Virus record (IMG/VR): IMGVR_UViG_3300017917_002593
Span: 22,212 to 86,211 of that record
Reading direction: 5' to 3' (one strand)
DNA from: a virus
Length of the DNA: 64,000 nucleotides
Shown here: in pieces, positions 48,301-58,204 of the stretch
Position numbering within the stretch: position 1 is the first letter of the stretch
Layout: each line of letters starts with the position of its first letter
Made by a program: the position numbers and the translations under genes
The notes under the pieces: generated by a model
Seen by the model: only the letters and a program-made list of their open reading frames with translations
The model's database searches: none
What the model was told of the DNA's origin: nothing

Positions 48301-49500
48301 CAAGGTCTATACAACCAAGCAACTGCTAACCACTGGTATAGCCCTGCAGGCAACTATTGGGATGCAGGCCAGCAAGGGTCCGGCGGTATTAGATTAAGAA
48401 ACGGCTATGCAGGTACTATTTTAGGATATTACTATGCTGATACTTCTCTAAACAGCGGATTGTTAAACCAAAACGGTAGTTGGAAAGTTCGTGTAGTCAG
48501 CGGCGAAACTGAAATTTACGATATATTATACTGGAACGACGCCAGAGGATATATTTTCTATGATCGTAACGATACTGCCTACTATGCAGACCCTGCAAGT
48601 ACCAGCAGGTTTAACGTTCTTGGAGTAGGTCTTCAGGCTAACAACGGCGGTAAATTAAGTGTTACCGGCGGACACGGCGATTCTACAATTAGATTAACTG
48701 CACAAGGTAACCAGTTAGGTTCTGGTGTTACATCCTCAATGCACTGGTGGGTAAGTGAACCAGGTATTACATGGAACGAAGGCGGCTTCGGTTACAACGT
48801 AACTAACGACGGTGGTGCACCAGGCGGCTTTAGTAGACCAAACACCAGTTATGGTCAGGCCTACATGCGTTTCAGTACTGCGGGACATTTGTATTTCTAT
48901 AATACAAACACCAGCGGAACTCGATTTAATGCTATGGACATGTATTCCAGCAATTACATATATGTCTATAACTATCTCGAAGCTGGCGGATCTCTAAGAG
49001 CACCGATCTTCTACGATAGTAACAACACCGGTTACTACATGGATGCGGCGGGCACTACAAACTTAAACGTTCTGCAAGCAGTATCTGCAAACATTACTGC
49101 CCAGTTTGCTCGTTGGGCGGACGTGGCAGAAAAGTACGAAGCCGATGCCGATTACGAACCCGGTACTGTATTAGTATTTGGAGGTGACAAGGAAGTTACT
49201 ATTTCAACAGAAACTCATTGCCCAGAAGTTGCAGGTGTTGTATCAACCAAACCAGCATTACTAATGAATAATGATTTGAAATCTACTTTTGTTGCCAATC
49301 TTGCGCTAACAGGTAGGGTTCCTTGTAAAGTATTAGGACCGGTAAAGAAGGGACAAATGATTGTTTCTTCTCATATACCTGGTGTAGGCAGAGCAATGGA
49401 TAAAACATTGTACGAACCTGGTTGCATTATTGGTAAATCTGTAGAAGCAATTGAGTCTGCCGAAATCAAAGTCATTGAAGTTGTTGTAGGAAGACTGTAA
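42397..49500 (+). CDS. Collagen-like long tail fibre with modular C-terminal part and putative intramolecular chaperone domain
   Basis: Gly-X-Y (mostly GAT) runs; six [12 protein letters not shown]-type linkers; C-terminal ADVAEKY...GTVLVFGG...VAGVVST...GRVPCKV domain. Confidence 0.8.
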   Translation: MAINLDTSQQGNITLKSPTTGTVTLTLPQSATTSGWLLGLADTQGSLAFIPPGTGASGAAGATGATGPIGSTGATGATGATGLQGSTGATGPIGATGSTGATGLRGGTGATGPDGATGATGPQGATGAAGAGGQGGATGSTGPIGSTGATGATGQQGTTGATGLRGATGATGPQGATGFPGATGATGPQGATGGAGGQGNPGATGATGQQGATGATGLVGATGGIGATGAQGSTGAQGATGATGPAGNAGNAGATGATGATGLQGTTGATGPQGSTGATGPTGATGAAGGNGAVGGTGATGLGYDVTSSTSNTNGTGSKTWTVNRTNAFSVGMRVRVIYPAVPTNFMEGSITSIVGLAITVNVDYVAGTVGGGPWANWTIDVAGIHGSTGATGPVGATGPIGATGLPGSGGGTGATGATGQTGAQGNQGSTGATGPAGANGGTGAIGATGATGNIGSTGATGATGFQGATGATGPTGTGGSTGATGATGATGATGIRGTGAWTAVYTSGISTTNLTIFTKTGGTNGVWDQQVYSAEGFIRGAMASASVNDTTGRAMFGLNSDPTGSASFDTLDYAIYFNAGTVVIYESGSSVQTAGAYTTADKFVITYDGGNVRYWQNNTLLRTTARAISSSALYFDSSIQTTNTALTNVAFSAMGEIGATGQAGAGIGAGSANQVIFKDSSNVFAGSANLTFDGTNLNIGGALRFDGKTNWEHNDSATGTGAPTMSFHALGAPGKKHPNYLDENFFAGTNNINVYDNNGSGQTVITRITAPSDTPTTSGFVLQIQHTGSGQTPGFGGFYFAVPSRANAILVARFKAKLPVGYTLNWASNAIGTGSVTYWATNNVGTGKWEDYAYVVVCGGSGTFSSTHFFFVTGSPAPTSGTPLTWFVASAAVYDATDHRTDILYLDRAGGVANIKGYGEGQIIIDGSTTGKAVYLNHYINADVYAASGGGKLRVGSTAVPTYELDVAGEGAFQGYLRITNTAGEQRLLMGNQDSGGTNNPSIIRAANGTLYFGNGNSWTTNGGTVTDFATWATGGSSLISGTGSNPALTITPGGNNWSEGIRINPSTTGGWAAVLYPITANTGGDSWLLGKAGSTNQFTLLKNGFTGSAAFRSDAAFDVSATTGRFTFGYNPYVGPNQVWHAGNLTNVNQLSNGPGFVSSGSTPTFQYVLTTNGGLTDNNGGLKVYAPGGGAYTTGASSVAGAIKIRLPQFRTSTMMRMTVKIYEYAGGSAGTSRTIELGGYNYGPGGWYNIFAYQQTHGGGDLNVRFGHDGTRNCIWIGETGGSWSYPQVFITEFQAGYNAFANTDWNDDWSVTFATAFDTVENGPITAARAHTTYSLTNLSQLTNGPGYLTPYYTSPLDFRGGKHMFHSSGTGSSSINADTYAMQVGPATTRVTTANSYYGGIAFNHLLNYSGGTLNADNTGYNVSPHAWIGLRLHDTPGSERSFLALAVKPGTGTTGAGTDVPVERVTIDPVDGFVGINVLDPLARLHVSGDSRFQGDSRIYLGPNSTWSADLILGGNGRTDSSRATVAATNGNLHIDAANGYDLYLNYYSGRPIYTRGSAFTNWDSGNLTNLSQLTNGPGFITSSGSIDNLGGINYLRFVYGDNTTKTTYTGFTQQLNSGFYNHDSSGGPTAAWYHMIANRHTNTGNNYQMQIAHQFFNDADFWGRTVDNGTYKTWRRFWMDGGTNGLTNLSQLTNGPGFLGKFGNSYYQLDTWLQITGYHGLYSPLNGAHFYPNDASYGSWRMLGTRNGWAGIEGPGNGAGNVVVMMNSDTSGFHNNSYGWHWRWSSGTAYINRSTYGGGTQYTMWDSGNLTNLSQLTNGPGFITASSGALYIVSQDTRNSNFNPQDRVAGLWADFKTNSVIGLSDGGSYNGLLTFRSYGSGGDLSGGQPSQLSYTPNGNWWHRLGTGTTSWGGWKRFWDNSNLTNLSQLTNGPGFVVNGQGSVTFSDIYNNGWFRNNNSGQGLYNQATANHWYSPAGNYWDAGQQGSGGIRLRNGYAGTILGYYYADTSLNSGLLNQNGSWKVRVVSGETEIYDILYWNDARGYIFYDRNDTAYYADPASTSRFNVLGVGLQANNGGKLSVTGGHGDSTIRLTAQGNQLGSGVTSSMHWWVSEPGITWNEGGFGYNVTNDGGAPGGFSRPNTSYGQAYMRFSTAGHLYFYNTNTSGTRFNAMDMYSSNYIYVYNYLEAGGSLRAPIFYDSNNTGYYMDAAGTTNLNVLQAVSANITAQFARWADVAEKYEADADYEPGTVLVFGGDKEVTISTETHCPEVAGVVSTKPALLMNNDLKSTFVANLALTGRVPCKVLGPVKKGQMIVSSHIPGVGRAMDKTLYEPGCIIGKSVEAIESAEIKVIEVVVGRL
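42553..43885 (+). repeat. Collagen-like Gly-X-Thr coding repeats (two blocks)
   Basis: 9-nt periodic ggtgcNacN repeats, interrupted by a globular insert at ~43305-43550. Confidence 0.9.
45838..48221 (+). repeat. Six dispersed ~30-nt direct repeats encoding [11 protein letters not shown]
   Basis: Copies start at ~45838 (degenerate), 46420, 47122, 47479, 47851, 48190. Confidence 0.85.
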
Positions 49501-49509
49501 AATAGTTGC

Positions 49510-49992
49510 ATGACTATTTTTAGTACACAAGATTTGGATGAAATAATCTTTCATCCAATCTCCTACGAACAACGCATGGTGTCTATAATCGACAACATTG
49601 GCCGACAAATATTCTTACATTCAGTTGGTGAATTATTTCAGTACCCCAGTCATACCATAAAAGTAGAAGGTCTGGAAAAATACAGTAAAGAAATTGAAAA
49701 GTTTATCTGTTTGTTGAAAGAAGACTATCAGCATAATGGACCAGTAACGTGTCACGCCTTTAAGTCTTTTAAAAATTCTGGAAGTTTCGGAGTTCATACT
49801 GACCCGGACAATGTATTTTTATTAGTAGTCGATGGAACAAAGCATATGACATACAATAATGTTACCTACGAACTAACGAAAGATCAAAGTCTGTTTATTC
49901 CTGCAAACAGTCCTCATTGTGCAATTAATAATGAAGATTCTCTTATGTTAAGTTTTGGGTTAGAATCGTATTTTTGTGAAAAATTAAAATGA
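49510..49992 (+). CDS. JmjC/cupin Fe(II)/2OG oxygenase (ROXA/YcfD-like)
   Basis: FGVHTD...GTK...LFIPANSPH: HxD...H triad with 2OG-binding Lys. Confidence 0.75.
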   Translation: MTIFSTQDLDEIIFHPISYEQRMVSIIDNIGRQIFLHSVGELFQYPSHTIKVEGLEKYSKEIEKFICLLKEDYQHNGPVTCHAFKSFKNSGSFGVHTDPDNVFLLVVDGTKHMTYNNVTYELTKDQSLFIPANSPHCAINNEDSLMLSFGLESYFCEKLK

Positions 49993-51062
49993 CTGCTAAC
50001 CTTATCTATCTTAAAACTACAGAGACCTGCAACTTAAACTGTCTACACTGTTTTACCAGCGGCAGTAAAGGTGCTAAAATCTATTGGGATCATCTAAAGG
50101 TCGTGAACTGGTTAGAAAGATTAAGCAAACATCTGCCTAAAGAAAATCATGTACACTTAGAATTTCATGGAGGAGAACCCTTCTTAGCTGAATTAGATTC
50201 TTTACAATATGTCTATGATAATTGCAAAGATCTCTGGGATAATCAAAGCTGGGGAGTTACTACAAATTTAACGTTTAAGCTCACCCAAGATATTATAGAT
50301 TTTATCATGGGGCCATTAAATGGTCGCGTTGGGACCAGTTGGGATCCAGATATTAGATTTTCAAGTCCTAAGCAATACGACCTATGGCGTAAAAATGTAG
50401 AAACCTTAACTAAGTTAGGTGTTGAAATTAAACTTTTTGTATCAGTTACTAAAGGTACTGTTGCAATGGAACCTATTGATCTATTAGAGTGGGTACGAGA
50501 TTTGGGTGTAAAAGAGTTAGCATTAGAACGATTAACTGTTAACGGCAGCGCCAGACAAAATTTACATATATTCCCATCAAACTTAGAACAAGACGCTTGG
50601 TTCTTAAAAATGCATCAACAGAGTAATGCTGCTGGTGCAAGAAATTGGTTCGAAAACGAATTTTTAGAAACAGTATATGCCAAGTTTGAGATGGGTATAA
50701 GTTCACAAGGAACATTTTGCAGAGATTGCGAAGAAAAATTATTCACGGTTAACGCCGATGGTTCAATTTCTGGATGTCCTAATAGTGCGCCAGAACAGGC
50801 TTTTGGGCATATCAACGACGATATAGAACAGTTACTTTACAGTCCAAAACGTATTGAAAATATTGTCTGTGAACGTAGTAGAGATCCCAGATGTTATCAA
50901 TGCCCGGTTTTTCAATATTGCGGCGGAGACTGTCATCAACTCGAGTGGCAAGACGATAAATGTGGAGCTCCAAAGAGTTTGATGCTTAATTTGGCAGGAA
51001 TAAATACCGATAGGACTAATAAGATTATTTTAATAAAGGAGTTAAAATGCCAAGTGGATTAA
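49989..51062 (+). CDS. Radical SAM/SPASM enzyme
   Basis: CNLNCLHC, FHGGEP, SPASM cysteines CRDC...GCPN...CYQCPVFQYCGGDC...C. Confidence 0.92.
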   Translation: MTANLIYLKTTETCNLNCLHCFTSGSKGAKIYWDHLKVVNWLERLSKHLPKENHVHLEFHGGEPFLAELDSLQYVYDNCKDLWDNQSWGVTTNLTFKLTQDIIDFIMGPLNGRVGTSWDPDIRFSSPKQYDLWRKNVETLTKLGVEIKLFVSVTKGTVAMEPIDLLEWVRDLGVKELALERLTVNGSARQNLHIFPSNLEQDAWFLKMHQQSNAAGARNWFENEFLETVYAKFEMGISSQGTFCRDCEEKLFTVNADGSISGCPNSAPEQAFGHINDDIEQLLYSPKRIENIVCERSRDPRCYQCPVFQYCGGDCHQLEWQDDKCGAPKSLMLNLAGINTDRTNKIILIKELKCQVD

Positions 51063-51625
51063 CGGACCCGATAGCCCGACAGAACATTGTAAATAGATTC
51101 GCAGACTATGTTAGAGGCGCGGCAAATTCTGGCATTTCTTGGGGAACTAACGCCTATCCATTTGGAGAATTTAGTGTACTTGCCTATGTATTCGGCGGAA
51201 CTACAGCTGGTAAAGCTATTGAAATTGACGGCAACAGTTTAGGTGCTGCCGGAACAGTTGCCAACGCTAACACAGTCTATAACGTTTTAATTGCCGAAAC
51301 TACCAGGTATACACGAATTAGACTAATGAGGGCTTTATTGTTTGTTGATGGCGGCGGCGGAAACACTGGCTCTCGTCCAACTCCGGGATATGTATATGAC
51401 GGAACCGCTGTTGCACATCTTAACAGCGGATATCAAGTAAACGTAAGTGCAGGAAGAGATAACGTTTTTTCCGGAAACACTATGACTCGAGTGGGTACAG
51501 CCAATATGTTTAACAACATGAGAGCTGCTTATAACAGTATAAGAGGCTCTGCCGTTACGTTCCAAGTAAACGTATGCCACGCATCTTGCCACAGTAGCTG
51601 TCATAGCTCTCGAGGCAGGAGATAA
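51047..51625 (+). CDS. Candidate substrate protein with C-terminal (CHxS)3-RGRR motif
   Basis: Ends VCHASCHSSCHSSRGRR; Gly/Asn/Ala-rich body like the virion proteins; embedded among maturase genes. Confidence 0.7.
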   Translation: MPSGLTDPIARQNIVNRFADYVRGAANSGISWGTNAYPFGEFSVLAYVFGGTTAGKAIEIDGNSLGAAGTVANANTVYNVLIAETTRYTRIRLMRALLFVDGGGGNTGSRPTPGYVYDGTAVAHLNSGYQVNVSAGRDNVFSGNTMTRVGTANMFNNMRAAYNSIRGSAVTFQVNVCHASCHSSCHSSRGRR

Positions 51626-51634
51626 GGATTTAAG

Positions 51635-52366
51635 ATGAGTACTATCATTGACACAGTTGCTCCTATTGCATTAGAAGATTTGAAAAAATACTTTATTAAC
51701 AAAGATATTGTATTTGTAATCGACTATGAAAAGAGTAGCCTAACTGGCGCCAAATTGTTGACCTATTTAGGAAATTTAGATATCCCTTGCGATATAAAAT
51801 TAAGTTTTACAGAACCTTCACATTTTGACTTACTTAAAGAATATTTTGAAACTGGCAACCTATTAAAAATACCCAGTTTAGAACAGGCAGCAATTCTTTG
51901 TCTGTTAGAAAAAAAAGAATTAGTTATCAATACCCCTTTTGAAAATTTTATTAAAGAGAATGAGACAACATTAAACGAATGGGAATCGAGATTAGACAGT
52001 TTAACGCTGTTCAATATGCAAACTGTAGATGTTGACGAGTTTAAAAACTTTGTAGATCAGTTCCCGGAAGATTTATCAGACTCGTCGAAGTATGTAAATT
52101 TTGTTAACTTAGCACGCCATGAAGATTTTTTCTTATATTATTCAAAGATCGATAATGCTAAATTAAAAAATTATAAAACCCTGTTTAACGATTACTGCTA
52201 TCGGGGAAAAAACTTATACAGTTTCTGGGCAGTTGACACCAACCCATTATTCTTATTAACATGGTCGATCGCTTCTGGAAATTTAGATACTGAAGAGTAC
52301 GTAAATTCAGTTAAAGAAGACTACAATGTAGTAACTAAGGACTCAGCAAATGTTTCACCTGTTTAA
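51635..52366 (+). CDS. Hypothetical protein in the radical SAM operon
   Basis: 243 aa ORF, SD AAGGA, overlaps the next gene. Confidence 0.7.
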   Translation: MSTIIDTVAPIALEDLKKYFINKDIVFVIDYEKSSLTGAKLLTYLGNLDIPCDIKLSFTEPSHFDLLKEYFETGNLLKIPSLEQAAILCLLEKKELVINTPFENFIKENETTLNEWESRLDSLTLFNMQTVDVDEFKNFVDQFPEDLSDSSKYVNFVNLARHEDFFLYYSKIDNAKLKNYKTLFNDYCYRGKNLYSFWAVDTNPLFLLTWSIASGNLDTEEYVNSVKEDYNVVTKDSANVSPV

Positions 52367-53567
52367 AAAAGTATATTTAGATTTTGACGATAAAATTAAT
52401 ATGAGCTATGACAGGATAGTTTGTTCAAATGCCTATGGCGGAATTATAGATTCTATCGACTTATCTAAAGTATTTTATGGGGAACTAATTGCATCAAGTA
52501 AGAACATTGGTGACTTAATCGGCCCCGAAAAGAAATTTAATACCTTCTTAGAAATGTTGGAGCTATTAAACAGCAGAGTTGATCAATATAACAGCCCTGT
52601 TTACGTCTACTGTGATAAAGAATCGTATTATAAATTTGCAGTCAAGTGGATGAAAATTATTCTTCCAAGATGTACAGCACCCGCAGCTTGGAAATTTTTC
52701 AAGTCTCATATTTTTAAAGAAAAGAATTTTGTTAATTCCAGAATGTCGGCCTCTGAAAGATTTATCAATGATGTAGACTCGTGGTATTTGCTCGAAGAAC
52801 AATTTAACACATACTGGACAAATGAAGTTGTTACTCAAGCTGATAGAAACACATATTCTCAATTTATAAACACAGTAAAGAATAATCTCAAAGTTGAATT
52901 TTTGCTTGCATCTTACCTTTACAATAAAAGTCTCGGTGATGTTTTAGCTAAGGCAATTACTCCGTTAGTTAAAAAAGATTTAGAAAAATTTATATACGAG
53001 CATAAAGAAGTTATCCTTGTACATTTTCAACGTCCGTTTTTTCAAACCCTATTAGGAGTTCAAAACGGCCCATACACCTTTGACAATTTTTATTCAATGG
53101 TAGATGATCCTGCTCCATTAGTACAGTTGATGTTTAAGCCAGAAATATGGGGTGAAACTCGAAGCTCTATGTTTGCTCCGACTTCCTCTGGCTCAATTAA
53201 TTTGTCAGCATTTACTGATGAAGATATTACTAACCTAAAAAGTTATAGCGCAATTACAGGGCAAATTTGGAAAGACGAAGTTTGGTATACCAGTTTAAGA
53301 ACAACTCCGTCGGCGCAATCATACTTAGGATCTGAAGTTGATAAATTTGATTTTATTAAATTTTTTAGAAACAAAGATTACCTAACAGTTGAAGAATTAG
53401 ATTCTATTTTAGACTATGAGATCTACCATCAGTATCATTCTGCAGGATCGTTTTATGCGTTTGACTTAAGATCAGTTAACACATATTTTGTAGACTTCTT
53501 ATTAATGAACTACAATAATGCAGAACTACTTGAACCTTTTATTATTGAAATCAACGAAAGCCAATAA
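52350..53567 (+). CDS. Hypothetical protein in the radical SAM operon
   Basis: 405 aa ORF coupled to its neighbours; PVYVYCD weakly recalls a phosphatase-type strand-Cys loop. Confidence 0.7.
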   Translation: MFHLFKKVYLDFDDKINMSYDRIVCSNAYGGIIDSIDLSKVFYGELIASSKNIGDLIGPEKKFNTFLEMLELLNSRVDQYNSPVYVYCDKESYYKFAVKWMKIILPRCTAPAAWKFFKSHIFKEKNFVNSRMSASERFINDVDSWYLLEEQFNTYWTNEVVTQADRNTYSQFINTVKNNLKVEFLLASYLYNKSLGDVLAKAITPLVKKDLEKFIYEHKEVILVHFQRPFFQTLLGVQNGPYTFDNFYSMVDDPAPLVQLMFKPEIWGETRSSMFAPTSSGSINLSAFTDEDITNLKSYSAITGQIWKDEVWYTSLRTTPSAQSYLGSEVDKFDFIKFFRNKDYLTVEELDSILDYEIYHQYHSAGSFYAFDLRSVNTYFVDFLLMNYNNAELLEPFIIEINESQ

Positions 53568-53569
53568 CA

Positions 53570-54595
53570 ATGTCAATATACGAAGTCATTGATTCTAAAG
53601 TTGTTGATCATGGAGAAGTTATTGTTTGCTTATTTGAACACTGTAATTTACAATGTTCATTTTGTCCACAAGATCATAATTCTTTAATCGGTGTCTCTCG
53701 AGAAAAGATTTTAGGAAAGATTCCCTCAATAGTTAAATGGATCAACGAAAACACCAGATCAAAGTGTTTCAAGATTCATATAATGGGAGGCGAGCTGTTT
53801 CAAGATTGTTGGATAAATGATGGCTTCATTGAAATTTATCAAGAGCTATTGTATTCTATTCGTGCTCAAGTATCAGAAGATAAAGATTTAATTTTCAACT
53901 TTGTCACAAATTTAGTGTTTGAAAACACAGATAAAGTATTAGATTTTCTAAAAAAGAATAATCTAAAAATCTCAGTGTCTTATGATTCCAAAGGACGTTT
54001 TAATAAAAGTCAACTTGAAACATTTAAACGCAATATAGAAATATTTAGAGACAACATTGAAATGATCTCTCTTGTAATGACTCTTCAAAATATGGAAGCA
54101 GTTATAGCAGGCGACAAGTACTTTGATTATTTGTATAATAATTTTCCATGTGATTGGGATTCTTTTCTTCCCGCAGTACAGGCATCTGAGATCATGATGC
54201 CTAAAGAATCAGATCTACTTAAATTTTATAAGCATTTAGTTGATCGATATCCCGACTGTACAAATATTTCATATTTTACAACAACTGAACATTCTAAAAA
54301 AATGACATGCACTCGCGGTAGTAATTTTACAATAATGCATGATGACACAATTCCTCAAGGCTGTTCGGGCAGTATTCTTATGAAAGGGAATACTACAAAA
54401 AATACAGCGTCGGATCAAATTGTGATAAATTTTTTTAAAACATACAATTGCTTTGAATGTGAGTATTTTAAAAAATGCCCATTCACATGTTTCATAAAAA
54501 ACGACTATAATAAACTCAAAAAAGATGTTGGTGAGTGTGTTTTTAAATTAACTTTTGATCATGTAAATGCAAGAAAACAAGATACACTTTTATAA
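53570..54595 (+). CDS. Radical SAM enzyme with SPASM/Twitch-like C-terminus
   Basis: CNLQCSFC, IMGGELF, CTRG...GCSG, CFECEYFKKCPFTC. Confidence 0.88.
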   Translation: MSIYEVIDSKVVDHGEVIVCLFEHCNLQCSFCPQDHNSLIGVSREKILGKIPSIVKWINENTRSKCFKIHIMGGELFQDCWINDGFIEIYQELLYSIRAQVSEDKDLIFNFVTNLVFENTDKVLDFLKKNNLKISVSYDSKGRFNKSQLETFKRNIEIFRDNIEMISLVMTLQNMEAVIAGDKYFDYLYNNFPCDWDSFLPAVQASEIMMPKESDLLKFYKHLVDRYPDCTNISYFTTTEHSKKMTCTRGSNFTIMHDDTIPQGCSGSILMKGNTTKNTASDQIVINFFKTYNCFECEYFKKCPFTCFIKNDYNKLKKDVGECVFKLTFDHVNARKQDTLL

Positions 54596-56297
54596 ACCAG
54601 TAAGAGTCGTAAAAGAACCCTTAACAATTGCATTTGTAAATCCTCCACATGCAGATTGGTCTCTTATAAACACGCTGACTTACCATTTATGCCATAGTCA
54701 TTATAGTCGATATGGCAAGTATAAAGACATGGTTAAATGGCTACCATCTCCTTACAGATGGAATAAGTATTCTTCTTGTCAAGAAGTCTATGAAGAAATC
54801 AAAGAAGCAGACATAATCATGTTTAGTTCATATGTCTGGAATTATCCTATATGCGATGAAATTGCTAAGATAGCCAAAGCAAATAATAAGATAACACTAT
54901 TAGGCGGCCCGCATATTGGAACTAACGACAACGACTTTTTAAAATCAAGAAATTTTTACGACTTTATTTGTAAGCCTACTAAACCGGGAGAAGTATTTCT
55001 TGAAGACTGCATTGATTCTTGGTTTGAAAATGACAAACATATACAAGCTGAAAACATAAGCTGGGAATTAAATTCATCAAAGACTCGAGATTATTCTATA
55101 TCAGATTTAACGTATTCTGTATACGAAGATCATGCTGAGTATTTGAAAGAAATAGTTACCTATGCAAAAATTAATAAAATGGAGCCTTTTGTTGTTCTTG
55201 AAACTACAAGAGGATGTCCTTATAGTTGTGTATTCTGCGAATGGGGCGGCGGCATTGGCACCAAAATACAAAAGAAACCTTTAGACATAGTAAAACGAGA
55301 TATCCTTGCACTTTTAAATATAGGATATCGAGATGCAATGTCTGCAGATGCAAATTTTGGTATTTTTTTAGAGAGAGATTTAGAGATTTTAAGATTTGCA
55401 TGGGAAAATGGATTTAGCATAAGTGACATGTCGTCAATGAAATCGAAAGATCTAACTAAAAGGAAAAAATTAGTCGACGAATGGTTTAATATTGTAAGTA
55501 GGCCTGTTACTAAAACTAATAGTAGCGCAGACAACATGTGGGAAAATACCAAATATATTTCCATCCTACCAACTGTCTCGATACAAAGTATTTCGAACGA
55601 AGCAATGAAGATTGCAAAAAGAGTTGACTTGTCGTATGAGGACAAGTTAGAGTTAAGTAGATATATAGGAGAAAAAATTCGAAGCGCAGGCTATCCTGTT
55701 CCTGCACTTGAATTAATATTAGCAATGCCCGGCTCGACTTTAGATGATTTTTATAAAGAAATGGAAATTATTTGGAACTTTAGGATATGGGGATTGCGTC
55801 GACACGATTATATGTTCTTGCCCGACTCCGAACTAAATTCAGAAGAATATAAAAATCAATACAAGATAGAAACAGTAGAAGTTTATTCAGATTCTGCTGA
55901 TGAAGATGGGTCTGACAATTTTTATAGTTTGTATAAAAACAAAAAATCTTATTTTAAGACTATAAGGTCTTGTTATTCTTTTACCAAAGAAGAGATGCTT
56001 GAAATGTTTTTTATGAACTGTGCCGCAACATATCTGCTTAGGAATGTTTATCAGGAATACGAACCTTATCTACTACCTGGAGATTTTTGTAAACTGTGTT
56101 ACAAAATTATAAAAACATTTGACTCCTACAAAAAAATTTATGATGCAATTGAAGATATATTCGATCCAACAACTGCTCCTAAATCAATAAAGAAGATAGA
56201 AAACAGGGATAGGGTTGAAGTAGTTGAGGAACTTATCAACAATAATATTTTGTTACTTAAAAATGGGATAGCTAATCATGTACTCGTCGATCAATAA
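54567..56297 (+). CDS. Cobalamin-binding (class B type) radical SAM enzyme
   Basis: B12-binding-like DIIMFSSYVWN...LLGGPH; ETTRGCPYSCVFCEWG; DANFG. Confidence 0.85.
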   Translation: MQENKIHFYKPVRVVKEPLTIAFVNPPHADWSLINTLTYHLCHSHYSRYGKYKDMVKWLPSPYRWNKYSSCQEVYEEIKEADIIMFSSYVWNYPICDEIAKIAKANNKITLLGGPHIGTNDNDFLKSRNFYDFICKPTKPGEVFLEDCIDSWFENDKHIQAENISWELNSSKTRDYSISDLTYSVYEDHAEYLKEIVTYAKINKMEPFVVLETTRGCPYSCVFCEWGGGIGTKIQKKPLDIVKRDILALLNIGYRDAMSADANFGIFLERDLEILRFAWENGFSISDMSSMKSKDLTKRKKLVDEWFNIVSRPVTKTNSSADNMWENTKYISILPTVSIQSISNEAMKIAKRVDLSYEDKLELSRYIGEKIRSAGYPVPALELILAMPGSTLDDFYKEMEIIWNFRIWGLRRHDYMFLPDSELNSEEYKNQYKIETVEVYSDSADEDGSDNFYSLYKNKKSYFKTIRSCYSFTKEEMLEMFFMNCAATYLLRNVYQEYEPYLLPGDFCKLCYKIIKTFDSYKKIYDAIEDIFDPTTAPKSIKKIENRDRVEVVEELINNNILLLKNGIANHVLVDQ

Positions 56298-56805
56298 TAT
56301 ATATGAAAAAGGATTTGTAAAACTTTATGAACCTGAAGGCGTAGGTATGATACAAATCGATAACTTTGTTTTATTAAACACCGAAGAGCGCCTGCGTGAT
56401 AACATTAAGCATGATGTATCAAAAGATCTCTCTGAACGATTATCTTTATTTGGCCAGTATTTAAAAACTAAGTATATTGACCCAGAATGGCCGGACGCAG
56501 TATATAATAAATTTGTTGTTTGGGAAGGTGTTGACAAAGACAATCAGGGATGGCATACTGATATGTTTGAAGGCTACGACATTTTCTTTTTATATTATCT
56601 GGATACAATGTCTCCAGAAACAGGCGGCTCAATAAGTTTTAAATGGCAAGGCGATGGAGATAATTCAGTTGAATTTTACCCTAAAGCTGGAGATCTGTTT
56701 ATGGTTAATAATATGCGAGGTTTTTGGCACAAGGCACAAAGCTGTAGTATTAAGAGACGAGTTGTAAGTTTTGATTTTAATGTAGGATTAACAGATCATG
56801 AATGA
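56278..56805 (+). CDS. Fe(II)/2OG oxygenase
   Basis: WHTD...FLYYL...GG.I...P.AGDL...WHKA...RRV. Confidence 0.8.
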   Translation: MYSSINNIYEKGFVKLYEPEGVGMIQIDNFVLLNTEERLRDNIKHDVSKDLSERLSLFGQYLKTKYIDPEWPDAVYNKFVVWEGVDKDNQGWHTDMFEGYDIFFLYYLDTMSPETGGSISFKWQGDGDNSVEFYPKAGDLFMVNNMRGFWHKAQSCSIKRRVVSFDFNVGLTDHE

Positions 56806-57103
56806 TGTTAAAAAAATGTTTGAATTAAAAAACGAATTGTGCAAAGAAAGAGACTTATGTGCAGAATTGTGCAATATATGGCTTACACGTATGTATCAGA
56901 ATCAAGGTAACAAAGAAGAATACAACAAATACTTAAAGTTGATACAAGATACAGAACCCTATACTCGTCAACTAAAAGCTAAAATATCTGAATTGAACAA
57001 AAAAATCTGTGAAGTAGAAGGGGTCGACAGTATCACTGATACAGAGTACACACATGAATGCGTGAGCAAATACGGTTTTGATTTTCCTAATACTGACAAA
57101 TAA
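56798..57103 (+). CDS. Small helical Cys-containing hypothetical protein
   Basis: 101 aa, coupled at both ends; CKERDLCAELC. Confidence 0.65.
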   Translation: MNDVKKMFELKNELCKERDLCAELCNIWLTRMYQNQGNKEEYNKYLKLIQDTEPYTRQLKAKISELNKKICEVEGVDSITDTEYTHECVSKYGFDFPNTDK

Positions 57104-58170
57104 TGGACTTAATTATTAAACCTACAGAAAGGTGCAATTTTAAATGTACTTTCTGTTCAAGTACACATATTACAGAGGACAAGTCTGCTGAGCTCGATCA
57201 CCAATACATTTTCGATTTCTTAAAAAGGTTTCCCGAGACCAATACAATAATTGTTAACGGTGGTGATCCTTTAATGATGACTCCCGAATACTATTGGAAG
57301 ATAATAGATTACTTAGATAAAATAGGATCTTCTGCTTCAATATCTTTTACAACTAACCTATGGCCGTTTTATAAAAATCCAGAAAAATGGAAAGATTTGT
57401 TTAACCATCCAAGGATGGGAATTACAACAAGTTTTCAATATGGCGGTGGCAGACTAAAGGGAGACTTATCTGAATTTAGTGAAGAAGATTTTTGGAAAAC
57501 ATCTGATGCAATGTTAGAACATTGTGGATATCGACCTGATTTTATTTCTGTAATTACAGAAGAGAATGCTCACTTGGCAATTAAGAATGTTGAGCTCGCT
57601 AAACAGATGAATGTTGAATGTAAATTAAACTATGCGTTCTCGAGCGGACCCCCGATAAAGTTTAAAAATATTGTAATGGGGCAACAAGGAAAGCCGTACA
57701 TGCTTGCCGATATCTACGAAATTTATGTAGAAATATGGAAAAGAGGATTAACTCCTTGGGAATATAATACCAAGCAAATGGTCAAAAGACTAAAAGGCTC
57801 GGGCACAACTTGCCCTCAAAATAGAGATTGCGATTCGGGAATTAGAAATTTACAGCCGTCAGGGGATTATTATTCTTGCGGAGCTTTTGGAGATGATAGA
57901 GAATATGCAATAGACTTTAAAAAAGAAATGGAAGGGGAGAAGATATACCCACTAAAATTTCAACCAGAATTGCAGAGTTTGAAACAGAGTTGTTATACAT
58001 GTCCAATGTTTCAGATTTGCAATGGCTGTAAAAAGACTATTAAAGATTTAAAAAGCTACGGATTAGTTGAATCACATTGTATGAAAATGAAGAAGCTGGC
58101 ACCTGATATTATTGCGGCAAATGGTATGACTTTGGAAGTAACAGAGTACGTATCAGAGGTTCAAGATTGA
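57103..58170 (+). CDS. Radical SAM/SPASM enzyme
   Basis: IIKPTERCNFKCTFC, NGGDP, CPQNRDC...YSCG...CYTCPMFQICNGC...C. Confidence 0.92.
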   Translation: MDLIIKPTERCNFKCTFCSSTHITEDKSAELDHQYIFDFLKRFPETNTIIVNGGDPLMMTPEYYWKIIDYLDKIGSSASISFTTNLWPFYKNPEKWKDLFNHPRMGITTSFQYGGGRLKGDLSEFSEEDFWKTSDAMLEHCGYRPDFISVITEENAHLAIKNVELAKQMNVECKLNYAFSSGPPIKFKNIVMGQQGKPYMLADIYEIYVEIWKRGLTPWEYNTKQMVKRLKGSGTTCPQNRDCDSGIRNLQPSGDYYSCGAFGDDREYAIDFKKEMEGEKIYPLKFQPELQSLKQSCYTCPMFQICNGCKKTIKDLKSYGLVESHCMKMKKLAPDIIAANGMTLEVTEYVSEVQD

Positions 58171-58204
58171 CCAGCCAATCTAAATATTGTATAGTTAAGT
58201 AATA

